Positions 23,834 through 62,483 of a stretch of 64,000 bases of DNA are shown piece after piece. The notes beneath the pieces were generated by a model, which ran no database searches, was not told the origin of the DNA, and saw only the letters and a program-made list of their open reading frames with translations. This stretch comes from Macrostomum lignano (lineage: Eukaryota): NCBI GenBank assembly GCA_002269645.1, contig NIVC01000430.1, forward strand, positions 1-64,000. Direction: 5' to 3'. Made by a program: the position numbers and the translations under genes. Position 1 is the first letter of the stretch. Each line of letters opens with the position of its first letter.

Positions 23834-24369
23834 GTTACCATGGATACGACCCGTTCCTATAAATTTATAAAACTGTTATAATGTAGCTAGAGAACCAGTT
23901 TACTCTGGATATGCCCCCCATAGCAACTAGTCACTATGAATACAGGCCTCCCTGTATCGCAACAGGATTTGTTACCATGGAAACGAAATAGTCCAAAAAG
24001 CAACCGGATTAGTTACCATGGATACGACATTCACTACATAGCAACAGGACTAGTTACCATGGATACTGCCCTACCCAACTAGCAACAGGGCTAGTTACCA
24101 TGGCTACTGCACTACCCATACAGCAACAGGGCTAGTTACCATGGATACTGCACTACCCAAATGGCAACAGGGCTAGTTACCATGGATACTGCACTACCCA
24201 AATAGCAACAGGGCTAGTTACCATGGATACTGCACTACCCATATAGCAACAGAGCTAGTTACCATGGATACTGCACTACCCAAATAGCAACATGACTAGT
24301 TACCAAGGATACTGCACTACCGATGTACCAACAGGACTAGACACTGTACCTTTTAGTTTCCATGGCTAC
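23834..24369. repeat. 41-bp minisatellite carrying RFX X-boxes, downstream of the GST
   Basis: Unit GTTACCATGGATACTGCACTACCCAAATAGCAACAGGGCTA. X-box-like 14-mers at 23834, 23971, 24012, 24053, 24094, 24135, 24176, 24217, 24258, 24299 and 24356. Confidence 0.9.
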
Positions 24370-24487
24370 AACTCCACTAAACTCCAAGTAACAAAAATAC
24401 TTCATATTTCATCTCCTATAACAGTACAGTCTTGAAAAATAGCTGAACTCAGGTGCTGATGAAGCCAGCGCTGAGAGGCTGGCCAGC

Positions 24488-25863
24488 TCACACTGAGTAG
24501 TCCGGGTTGCCGGCCCGCAGGCTCTTGAGAAAGGCGCCCCATTCGACCGGCTTGGTGGCCGCCGACGTCGCCTTTACTGCCTGCATCTCGGCCAGCCAGC
24601 CGGCCAGAGCCGTATCGCTGGCAGCCGGCTCCGGACAGTCGAGCACGCCGGCCAGACCGGTTGCTATGGCAACGGCCGGATAGGCGATCAGGTCGGCCAG
24701 GCCGACAGTCTGAGCGCCGCCAATGAAAGGCTTGGGGCCGAGGCGCTCGCCAAACTGGCGCATGGCGGCCGTAACCTGCTCCAGCTTCTCCGGAGCCTCA
24801 TCCGGCCGAGTCATGAGGTCGTGCATGGGCGGGAAGAACTCGCCCAGCCAGGCCAGGGCCAGCCGCTCGGCATCCGCATTGCTGCACAGCTGGGCCTCCG
24901 AGACGCCGCCAGACGGCAGCTCGTCAACGTAGCGGCAGATCATGAGGGAGTCGACCAGCCTCTGAGACCCCATCATCAGCACGGGCACCTTGCCGCCTGG
25001 GTTGATTTCGGCGAACCATTCGGGCTTGGCGGACAAGTTGATGTACACCGACTGGTAGGGAATACCGCGCTGGTTCAGCGCCAGGACCACCCGCTGGCAG
25101 AACGGGCAGAATTTCGATTCGAACAGCACCAGGGCGTCCTCGCCGGCTGGCAGCTCCGGGCGGGCGTCGCCTGCAGATTTTTTAAACAAAAAAATTAGAA
25201 TAAAAAACACGCTCGCCTACTAAAAGTAGACAATAGTGGTGACACATTTTAATTCGTGTCTACACTGGCTCTGTTACTCTGCATCGCCCAAGCCTCGCCC
25301 AACCCTAAATATTTGCTGCCGAGTTGCCATCTGCTTCCAGCCTCTCCTCTCCATCCTTTACTACCGAGTTGCCATCTGCTTCCAGCCTCTCCTCTCCATC
25401 CTTTGTACTGCCGAGTTGCCATCTGCTTCCAGCCTCTCCTCTCCATCCTTTGTACTGCCGAGTTGCCATCTGCTTCCAGCCTCTCCTCTCCATCCTTTGT
25501 ACTGCCGAGTTGCCATCTGCTTCCAGACTCTCCTCTCCGTCATTTGCAGCCGAGTTGTCATTTGCTTCCAGCCTCTCCTCTCCATCCTTTTTTGCCGAGT
25601 TGCCATCAGCTTCCAGCCTCTTCTCTCCATCATTTGCATGATAATCCAAGTTGCCATTTGCTTCGAGCCTCTCCTCTCCATCCTTTGAAACCGAATTCCA
25701 TTTGCTTCCAAATCATTTTTTGCCTAGCTGCCATGTGCTTCCAGCCTCTCCTCTCCATCATTTTGTACTGCCGAGTTGCCAACTGATACCAGCCTCTCCT
25801 CTCCATCCAGAATACACCCCAAATTAACCAAAAAGATTTACCAGTTTTGTAGTGATAGACCAT
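24488..25863 (-). CDS. GSTO: Glutathione S-transferase, omega-like; exons 25863-25842 and 25170-24488
   Basis: Micro-exon MVYHYKT with a phase-1 donor G|GTAAAT and acceptor TCTGCAG|, then SKFCPFCQRVVLAL...INLSAKPEWFAEINPGGKVPVL...DSLMICRYVDE and PFIGG...GLADLIAYP (N-cap motif). Confidence 0.85.
25315..25805. repeat. 47-bp minisatellite in the GST intron
   Basis: Unit GCCGAGTTGCCATCTGCTTCCAGCCTCTCCTCTCCATCCTTTGTACT, degenerating rightwards. Confidence 0.9.
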
Positions 25864-26519
25864 ATTCGAAGTTGGCAGTGGAGGTTTTTTCGTTAAACTT
25901 GAACAAGCATGCAAATTAGTAAAAAATTCGAGACTTGTTACTGACAGTAGTCAGTAGAGTAAATTTAAGTAAAAAACCTATATAAAAAACCAAAGAATAT
26001 TAATAGAAGAGAAATTGAAAAAGCCAAAAAGTCACCAGCTAAAGTCTTTGCTTCTAGAATGAAACAGATAAACAGGACAGCTTTATTAGGGCCGCAAGCA
26101 TTCAGGCAGAGACAGTTGCAGTCTGCGCTTCAAAAAATTGCTATATTTTGTTAAACTGTTCCGCATTTTAGGTAAACAAAAAGGATTGCTACCGATCGAG
26201 TATTTACAACAGCTTCTGGGTTTCTGAAACATCAACTGAGAATCTGCGCGCTCAACAAGCGCAATAAACATTTAATAATTGTAGTTTTTAACAGTGAAAA
26301 CTTCTAGTGGGCAGAGAAGCAAATAGAAGACAAGAGTTAAAGTGTTTAAAAACAGACTGTTTCGCATGCCAGGTGCAATTGCCAATGGGTGACTGGGGTA
26401 ATTCGAGTTCGAAACTGCCTGTCTGGCTGCAAGCACAGACTTGGGCAACTGTACAGGGGGGGGGTGCGGCTCAGTGTGTAGACAGACTAGATTGATTGCA
26501 AGCTGGGACAGGCAAGACT

Positions 26520-27450
26520 AGGGTGGATAGACTGGGAGATCAGGGTAGATAGACAGGGAGATCAGGGTAGATAGACAGGGAGATCAGGGTAGATAGACAG
26601 GGAGATCTAATGGTAGATAGACAGGGAGATCTAATGGTAGATAGACAGGGAGATCTAAGGGTAGATAGACAGGGAGATCTAAGGGTAGATAGACAGGGAG
26701 ATCAGGGTAGATAGACAGGGAGATCAGGGTAGATAGACTGGGAGATCAGGGTAGATAGACAGGGAGATCAGGGTAGATAGACTGGGAGATCAGGGTAGAT
26801 AGACAGGGAGATCTAATGGTAGATAGACAGGGAGATCTAATGGTAGATAGACAGGGAGATCTAAGGGTAGATAGACAGGGAGATCTAAGGGTAGATAGAC
26901 AGGGAGATCAGGGTAGATAGACAGGGAGATCTAAGGGTAGATAGACAGGGAGATCTAAGGGTAGATAGACAGGGAGATCTAAGGGTAGATAGACAGGGAG
27001 ATCTAAGGGTAGATAGACAGGGAGATCAGGGTAGATAGACAGGGAGATCAGGGTAGATAGACAGGGAGATCAGGGTAGATAGACAGGGAGATCAGGGTAG
27101 ATAGACAGGGAGATCAGGGTAGATAGACAGGGAGATCAGGGTAGATAGACAGGGAGATCAGGGTAGATAGACAGGGAGATCAGGGTAGATAGAAAGGGAG
27201 ATCAGGGTAGATAGACAGGGAGATCAGGGTAGATAGACTGGGAGATCAGGGTAGTTAGACAGGGAGATCAGGGTAGATAGACAGGGAGATCAGGGTAGAT
27301 AGACAGGGAGATCAGGGTAGATAGAAAGGGAGATCAGGGTAGATAGACAGGGAGATCAGGGTAGATAGACAGGGAGATCAGGGTAGATAGACAGGGAGAT
27401 CAGGGTAGATAGACTGGGAGATCTAAGGGTAGATAGACTGGGAGATCAGG
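26520..27450. repeat. 22/24-bp purine-rich minisatellite
   Basis: Units GGGAGATCAGGGTAGATAGACA and GGGAGATCTAAGGGTAGATAGACA. Confidence 0.95.
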
Positions 27451-28084
27451 GAGATAGATGAATTAGTTCAATATGTGGAAGATGTGGGAATTAAAAAAGA
27501 ACTTGGTGATCAGCAGTTCACTGATTGTAAGCACAAGTGAATGATTTAAAATTAATCAATAAAACATAAATAGCACAAGCAGTAGGCAGTATTTACAGAT
27601 AACAGTGTTAGCATTACTAAGAACATAAATAAGGTTGATTGAGAGTGTAGACTTAAACTGTCTGTTACTAAAATGACAAGGTGTCAAAGTTTGAAAAAAA
27701 TTAAAGAAAATATTATAAAACAGTACACGAGCCACTGTTATATAGACGCACAACACTGAAATGGCTGCCACAAACTTCTGGTCCACACAAACAATAAAAA
27801 CAACAAAACAACAACAGATAACAAACAAACAAACAAACAGAATCTTAATGCATTTTTGCATACTTTGAACTACCTGCTTATTTCGTTGAAAGCGAAGCTA
27901 ACAATTAAATTATACGCTAATGAACAAAACTAATGAAAAAATGACAGAGAAATCTGTATGAAGAGAGAGAGGGGGGGTCGTCAGGTTTGAAATAAACAGG
28001 TAAAAAGGAGAATTTCGATAGTAAAAAACAAGCATGACACAACAAGTGCACTGGGATATTAACAGAGTTGAACTCATTTGCAAT

Positions 28085-40695
<12,611 letters not shown>

Positions 40696-42853
40696 CTGCA
40701 ACACGGAAATCGGCAGTCAGTGAATTCAAGCGGATTGTCTTCTGCCCGATGCAGTCAGGCTATAATAGTAAAACTACGCCTCTGTCATCCGTGCTTCTTA
40801 TTTAGCGCGTCTCAATGTATTAAATAAGAAAACTTCTTTAAATTCGCTTTCAGTCAGCAGCCCAAAATCGGCGATATCGGCTTTTCTTCCCTCTCTCTCT
40901 TTCGGGCAAAAACAGTTCAGGCCTTCACTGGCGCAGTCCTCAACACCCTCAGCCCGGGCGTCACTGTTTGGTTGAACCTCCCCACCCCCAACCCCCTGGA
41001 CTGGCTCGCGAATACGAAACGAGATGAGGGACACAGAAGGGGAGAGAGGGAGGAAGAGAGACGCCGAAGGCAGCGGCATGGACTTTTAGAAAAAGATAAC
41101 CGGAATGGAAACTGAACTGGGTAGATTCGCTAATTTTTAAAAAAACATTAAATCTGACATTTTAGTCAGATGAATGAGTCTTAATGCGACAGACAAAATA
41201 TGCTTAATAAAATACGGCTGCAACTGAAGTTTTTAGTGAGTTTCCATTCCAGATAGCTTATTTATTTCCTAGAAGTCCTTGGCTACAGATAGAAGCCGGC
41301 TAGAGAGGAGCTGATGAGCGAAAGGGAGAACAGACCGTTGGCCGAGATGAAAACCGGGGAAGAGGAAAGCACAGAATCCTTTCCTCCTCATCCTCACTCT
41401 ATCCCCGCTTTCAAAATCCTCACCAGCTATTTTCCCGTCCAGCTTCTCCAGTGCCCTCCCCCAAAGCCTCCGACTGAAGCCGCGGCTTCGGCCTTCCCTT
41501 GTCAGGGAGAAATCCCACGCAGCACAGGCTGATGGGGGGCCGCTATTTCCCGCGCGTATCTCCCACGCCGGACTTCCCTCCCAAGAGGCAAGTCGAATGG
41601 GAATGGGATATATTTCTGCAGGGGATTTCTGTCGCAATCGCTGCCTGTCTCTCCCTCTATCCAGTGTCAAAAACTGGCCGAACTCCGCCCTCCCCTCAAC
41701 CTGTGGCGCCAACCAGTGCGACCAGTGCTGTCAATAGCTTTGGCCATTTTAACACCCACCATTTTTCTATTGAAAGTGCACCTGGTTGTTGTCACCTGTA
41801 AAGATAGTTTCATTTTAAAGTGCATTCTAGGGGATTCTAGGAATTTAAGAAAAGTTCACTCCAAGAAATTTTTAAAAGGGATTTTAAAGCTCTAGGAAGT
41901 ATGTCAAAGATTTTTCCAAAATCCTTTCTGGTGATTCTAAGAATATTTGGATATTTCTAAGAAATCACAGGGTTTCGACGAGATTCTAAGAAACCGTTTG
42001 AGCAATGCTAAAACAAATCTTTTTAGGTCGCATTGATGTAGAAAATCTTGCAAAATTTTAAATTTTAATATGGTTGCTTTCCCTGATAACTTGAACCACT
42101 AACCATCTTAGCTCAGCTCTCCCTAAAATAATCCCACGCACAGAAGCTCACAATGATCAATCTATGCGCTAAAACTTTTATTGACTTGGCAGGGTGCCAA
42201 AAACAGTTGCTACAGAAGATGGCCTCCTATAGGGTGAGGAGACAGAGTCCTGGCCCTGCTACCCCGTCTCCAGCGCGCCCGCCTTAAGCCTGTAGACTCA
42301 ACCAGTTTAATCAACACCTCCACTGAATGCAGAAGTTTTTTTTAGCCTGGTTCCCCGGTTTTTTATGATGCCATAAGAAGTTCTCGCTTAGTAAGTAGAG
42401 GAGGGGGTGGGTGACAGAGGGAGAGCTGCAAGCAAGGGCTTGACTGAGTACAACTGAAAATTGCATGGCACACAGTTAATAACAATAGAGCAGAAGGTAA
42501 AGCCGTGAGAACAATTGCAATGCAACAATGCGGCAGAGTTTCCCTTACAGGCCTCTAACTAGCTGAACTGCTAAACACTGATAGGTGAACAGGGGAATGG
42601 ACTGCCCGGCTGCAGGATAAAGATAAGGAAGCAAAAATTCCGAGAAAGACAAGAAAGCAGAAAACAGGGCAGGACAGAAGCAGCGAGAGGGCGAACGCAT
42701 TCCAGGAAAATAAGCGCGAGTACTCTGATGCGGAACAACACGGAGGGAATGAATGGCAACGGGAGGAAAAAGTCCGATGCAAAAGAGCAGCCCCCAACAG
42801 AACGACTAAGCAATTGGCATTTTGCTCTCGCCTTCTGTCGAGCCTGCACTGCA

Positions 42854-42934
42854 NNNNNNNNNNNNNNNNNNNNNNNNNNNNNNNNNNNNNNNNNNNNNNN
42901 NNNNNNNNNNNNNNNNNNNNNNNNNNNNNNNNNN
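42854..42934. other. Assembly gap (81 N)
   Basis: Run of N; it may hide Caskin 5' sequence. Confidence 1.
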
Positions 42935-43489
42935 ATCTGGTCTAATTGGGACAGGTGCAATTATTATTATTATTATTAAATTATTTATTCGTTAAAGCCA
43001 CTTATTTAAATCTGTGCCATAAGTACGAAGTTGTACACGCGAGCGAAAACACACAACGATGCGGTCAACAATGCAAATTGAATTGTGAGAATTACTAGCA
43101 GCAACCTGTGCTGCACTTGGGCCTCAGAATAAAATTGAGAATAAAATCTCTGGTTAAAATCTAGCAATAAATTAAAGCACTTCTGCACGCTCTAATTAAG
43201 TGTAATGAGAATCATTGACTTTTCATGAATCGAAAATGCTTGTAGACACACAACGAAGCAATTATATTAATAAATCTGATCTGATTAATTATTTGAACAT
43301 AAATTCATTGACTGAATGCCATACCGATAGGTTAAAAGTAAGCTAGACGAGCCGATTAACGGCTGAATTGGTGCACAAAAATGTAGACAGGATTCTTTTA
43401 ACTTGCTGAACTCTAAACCACCTACATGTACAAGATGGGACAACTGGTACCGCTCAATAAAACTGAATGACTAGAACAAACAACTTTCA

Positions 43490-44190
43490 GACAATCAGAG
43501 CCAATCAGAACCAATCAGAACCAACCAGAGCCAATCAGAGCCAATCAGAACCAACCAGAGCCAATCAGAGCCAATCAGAACCAACCAGAACCAACCAGAG
43601 CCAATCAGAGCCAATCAGAACCAACCAGAGCCAACCAGAGCCAATCAGAACCAATCAGAACCAACCAGAGCCAACCAGAGCCAATCAGAACCAATCAGAA
43701 CCAATCAGAGCCAACCAGAGCCAATCAGAGCCAATCAAAATTAATCAACAACAATCATAAACCAATCAACAACAATCATAAACCAATCAACAACAATCAT
43801 AAACCAATCAACAACAATCATAAACCAATCAACAACAATCATAAACCAATCAACAACAATCATAAACCAATCAACAACAATCATAAACCAATCAACAACA
43901 ATCATAAACAATCAACAACAATCATAAACCAATCAACAACAATCATAAACCAATCAACAACAATCATAAACCAATCAACAACAATCATAAACCAATCAAC
44001 AAAAATCATAAACCAATCAACAACAATCATAAACCAATCAACAACAATCATAAACCAATCAACAACAATCATAAACCAATCAACAACAATCATAAACCAA
44101 TCAACAACAATCATAAACCAATCAACAACAATCATAAACCAATCAACAACCACAATAAGCAAATCAACAACCATAATAAACCAATCAAAA
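43490..44190. repeat. 10-bp and 21-bp tandem arrays containing CCAAT boxes
   Basis: 43501-43740: A(G/A)CCAA(T/C)CAG decamers, 14 of them with exact CCAATCAG. 43745-44150: AAACCAATCAACAACAATCAT, about 19 copies. Confidence 0.9.
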
Positions 44191-44305
44191 ACAGTCAGAA
44201 CCAATATACAAACAAAGTTGAAGGGCTAAACATTAAAACAAACAGCCAATCAGCGACAACCAAGCAAACAGGACGATTCGGAATCAACTTCCAGGCTCAA
44301 CAAAG

Positions 44306-58205
<13,900 letters not shown>

Positions 58206-58209
58206 CTGC

Positions 58210-58555
58210 TGGGTGAGTGAGGGATGCTTGTGGGTGAGTGAGGGATGCTTGTGGGTGAGTGAGGGATGTTTGTGGGTGAGTGAGGGATGCTTGTGGGAGA
58301 ACGAGGGATGCTTGTGGGTGAATTAGGGGCTTGTGGGTGAATGAGGGATGCTTGTGGGTGAGTGAGGGATGCTTGTGGGTGAATTAGGGGCTTGTGGGTG
58401 AATGAGGGATGCTTGTGGGTGAATTAGAAGTTTGTGGGTGAGTGAGGGATGTTTGTGGGTGAATGAGGGATGCTTGTGGGTGAATGAGGGATGTTTGTGG
58501 GTGAATGAGGGATGCTTGTGGGTGAATGAGGGATGTTTGTGGGTGAATGAAGGAA
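58210..58555. repeat. 21-bp minisatellite abutting the L1-exon acceptor
   Basis: Unit GTGGGTGAATGAGGGATGCTT. Confidence 0.93.
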
Positions 58556-60839
58556 GCTGGAACGGAAGCTATGTGTAGGTGTCTGAACAATTCAGCTAAT
58601 TTAGAAGTGTGCCCCATACAGTAAGCTCATATTTTTTTCCTTCATATTCGCACCAAAATCGTTTTTTTACTTCAATTCCTTCTAGCTCTTGGTTTATAAT
58701 CCGGTTAATCCTGACAGAAGCTCCCACTTCAGTGGCTTAGTTACATCAGCGGTGTATTTCTCACACCTGAGCTGTAGGGCATTCAGTGTAGTGAAATTAT
58801 GATTAACTTAATTTATTTGAAGTAGCATTTTGTCATTTTTGTTAAAGATAGGAAGCCATTTTCTCTACAACCTTAATCTCGTTTAGCGACTTGAAATTAT
58901 AATTAGTCTAGTTTAGGCACCTAATAAAAATTTGAATTTCTTTTAGCCAGGAAAATTCATGATAGTGGCATTGATGATGATGATGATGCTAAATGGTGCA
59001 AAATCTTGCTTGGAAGAAATAAATCTTAATACGTTGTATGGTCATCGAAACAGCACTACTCGTTCCTTGAATTACTTAATTCTGTAAACGTAAAGTGATA
59101 GTCTTCAATCATGCCAGCTACATGTATATATAGTATACAGTTAGTTTAAAGTGTGTCTCGTAGAGTGCAGCTTAGTTTTTTTGCTGCTGACGCGTTATGG
59201 CCGCAGCCTCCCAGGTGCCTCAGGTGTGCGTGTTTTTTTAGGCGTCGTTAATCGCATTTGCCACGCCGCACGCACATAAGGTCCTGTGTAATCTCACCTG
59301 TTTGACGCGTTTCGGGCAGCTGCCTAATTTACCTTGCTAACCCAGTCACATACAACTAAATATACATCTACATATAAGTTGCCACAGAAGTAATTCCGGG
59401 GTAAATTTAAAATAAATAATGTTTGGCAAAACCTCCTGTTCGTCACACATTCTAATGTATACGAGCGTTCCAAGTACATGTAAGTTAATGAAGTGCTAAG
59501 TGAAAATATCAAATACTAAATCTACATGCTATTAGGTCGCTTGTCGAAAGACTTCACAGTCTTCCGGTAAAACGGACTAAAGCACTATCAAAAATGTTTT
59601 AACACGCGCAGTGCTAAAACGTTCAGTGGTATGAATGTACAAATATGAAAACCAACGTACTAAAAAGTTTAGCGGCTTACTTTCTGACGAAAATCGCGAA
59701 GCAGAAGCAAGTAAAATCTGTGTGACGGCAATCAAAAATCGATGAAGCTGGTTCAAAGCAGGCTAAAATTGTTCGATGGGAATAAATGTTGCAAGATGGT
59801 TGGTAATGCGCATTGAAAATAAGAAAGATGCGTTAAATTAAAAAAATGTATATGAGCAAGAACCATGAATTTATTTGCTGCTTTCTACGAAACAAAAATT
59901 GCAGCATATCTAAATAATGAAAACATGGTACAACCATGAGCAAGTACTCTCACTTACAGAAGTGCACCTCGACCGCATTGTCAGTTTCATTTCGTTTCAG
60001 AAAAAGAAAGTATTCACATATCTCAAAGTTAGTAATATCTATGTAATTGTGTTTAGTTTAAGTAAAGAAAAGCCGCAACTTTTATCGTTAATTAAAAAAA
60101 TCAGTTTGATATACGACAGCTAGTCTGGCAACTAGATTAACGTGATTGAAGTTTGAATTTTCACTCGGCAAATTATCGCATTCGGAGAAATGAAATTGTA
60201 AAGAATAACAAAGATGCTGACATTCATAATGTTGTGCTCTAAAATCAACTGCACAATGACAAAAGGTGAGCAAACACTATTAAAACATTACTTTAATATT
60301 TCTAGATGATTGCCCGCCAATAAAAAAAATTGTGTAAAAGTTTTAAACTTTTATTGTTAGATTTTGTATAAACTGTTGATGATTGATTTAGTTATCCTGA
60401 TCAATCAATCTACAATCATCACTAGTGGCTGTTCTAGTTCCAGTTCCAGCCCCAGCGCAAGAAGTCGGCTGCTAACTGTCATTAAATATTTTTTTAGCAT
60501 AGACATGGGCCCAAATCAGGGTTTACGACCATGCATGAGGTTGGCGGTATGATAACAAGAGTGCGCGACTGAGGGTAGGAGAGGAGGTTAGAATGTGAGC
60601 GGCGGACCAATCAGAAGGGAGGAAAGAACGAAAGGATAGAAAGACAGGTCTTATAAGTAAGACAGGTGAGGTTGACGCACATAGAGCGCGGACCAAACTG
60701 ATCCAAACTCGCTAATTTATATTACATGTTAAAACAAATACTATAGGCCTAACAGGAATACATTAACAAGTAGAACAATCAAATACATTACATACTCAAT
60801 AAGCAAACACTATCAGATCCATTATTACTGCGGTTTCGA

Positions 60840-60918
60840 TGTTTGTCGCCGAAGTGGTTGTCGCCGAAATGACTTGTCGCCAAAATGGTTGTCGCCGAAA
60901 TGACTTGTCGCCAAAATA
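60840..60918. repeat. Short 16-bp tandem array, possibly transposon subterminal repeats
   Basis: About 5 copies of TTGTCGCC(G/A)AAATG(G/AC). Confidence 0.6.
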
Positions 60919-61214
60919 GACCGGATTCTTTCCAGATATAAGCCTCATTATTTGTTATGTATTTTGGACTCCAAGTTGGAGAATAGATTTTTAGACCTTG
61001 GCTTGCTGCTTGGCTTGGCCTATAGCTACAAGCCTACAAGTCAAATTAAAAAAATATAATGCCAAGCCAAGAGCCAAGATAATCAATATTCAAGAGAAAA
61101 TATTTTACATAGGGCCTATTCCCTCAAAAAATCATTCAACCATTTTTATTTAGGTAGATAAAAATCTACATTTTTGTCTAATCTATTTTTGGCCTAAGTA
61201 TTTTTACTATGGGG

Positions 61215-61418
61215 CAGGGGCATAGCCAGGGGGGATCATGGGGGTCATGACCCCCCCCCCTGCCAGCCAGCTGATCCAGGCCAAATTTTTAGGCCCCCTT
61301 AGGCCCTCCCTCATTGCAGAGGCCTAGCAGTGCTAGCACCCCTTGCCCCCAGTTGCTGCTATGTGCCTGTGACTAACTATGACCTTCTCCCTAGAAGGAA
61401 ATCCTGGCTATACCACTG
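61215..61418. mobile_element. hAT-type MITE (204 bp)
   Basis: TIRs CAGGGGCATAGCCAGG and CCTGGCTATACCACTG (14/16 match); 8-bp TSD CTATGGGG (61207-61214) and CTATGGGA (61419-61426). Confidence 0.8.
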
Positions 61419-62483
61419 CTATGGGATATAGACTAGGCCTAGTATACTGTATAGGCAGTATAGCCTAGGCCTACATTGAATATCTCAAAATTCAAAAGCG
61501 TTTATGGCTAGGCCTATGCCTAGTTAGCACCTATATGACTTGGTTTTTGTAGCCAAGTTTCATAATATATATTTCTGCTATATTATATTCTTTTCTTCAA
61601 TTTTATAAATGTAAGATTAGTAGGGCTATGTTTAGGTCTAACAAAATAGTTTTACTAGAGGGCCTATTAGGGGCCTAGTATAATATTATTATTATTGGTC
61701 AATAGGCCATTGTTATTTGGCAATGCAATTGCCAAAAAAGAAAAAAATACATAAATAAAAATAATAATGGAAAAATAGACCTAAATAAATGCAAATAGTA
61801 GCTAAGGTTTTTAGACTACTATATTAAAATGATCCAAGTTATAGCTTGAGATATAAAATTATATTTTTATAAAAAAAAACTAAATTTAATTGTCATATCC
61901 TAATGAAAAAATTATAAATTTGCATTTATTAATACTAATGAAATATTATATTATTTAATATTTTTTTTCAATTACTAGTCATGGTTTTTAAACCTGATTT
62001 TGAGAGCTAAAATCTTATTTATAGTACTAAATTAATAATAGTATGAAAATATCTTTAATGATTAAAAACTTTTAAATTCCTGTCATTCTCAAAATCATTT
62101 CTTAGTTATACTTGATTAATCTTATAATGGTATTGACAGTTGGTTTTATGGCTCTGGATTATTTTTGTGAACCTCTTTGACTAAAGAGCTAATTATACTA
62201 CTGATTTCAAATGTTATCAATAAGTTATTTTGTCTTTATTAAATACCATAGTATAAATAAACAAAAGTTATATTGATATTCATATAAAGTATTTTATTCC
62301 ATCATTTTAAAACTATTAAAAACTTAATTATATAAAATAAAGTTTGATCAACTGATGCCTTTCCAGGCTTGGGGCAATAATCCTATTATATTTGTTCCTG
62401 TTTATGAAATACAGATACAAAAACCAACTTAATCTTTCCCCATTGACAGTGGCAAGCATAAGAAATACCAAGTAGAGAATCAA

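Noticed and set aside
40798-41801. ORFs upstream of the first Caskin ankyrin exon
   Set aside because: No similarity to the Caskin N-terminus and no donor in the required phase 2; probably UTR or intron.
58560-59330. Signal-peptide exon of the receptor
   Set aside because: Candidate splice sites (donor near 59296, acceptor near 59083) did not give an open hydrophobic leader ending in a phase-1 donor.
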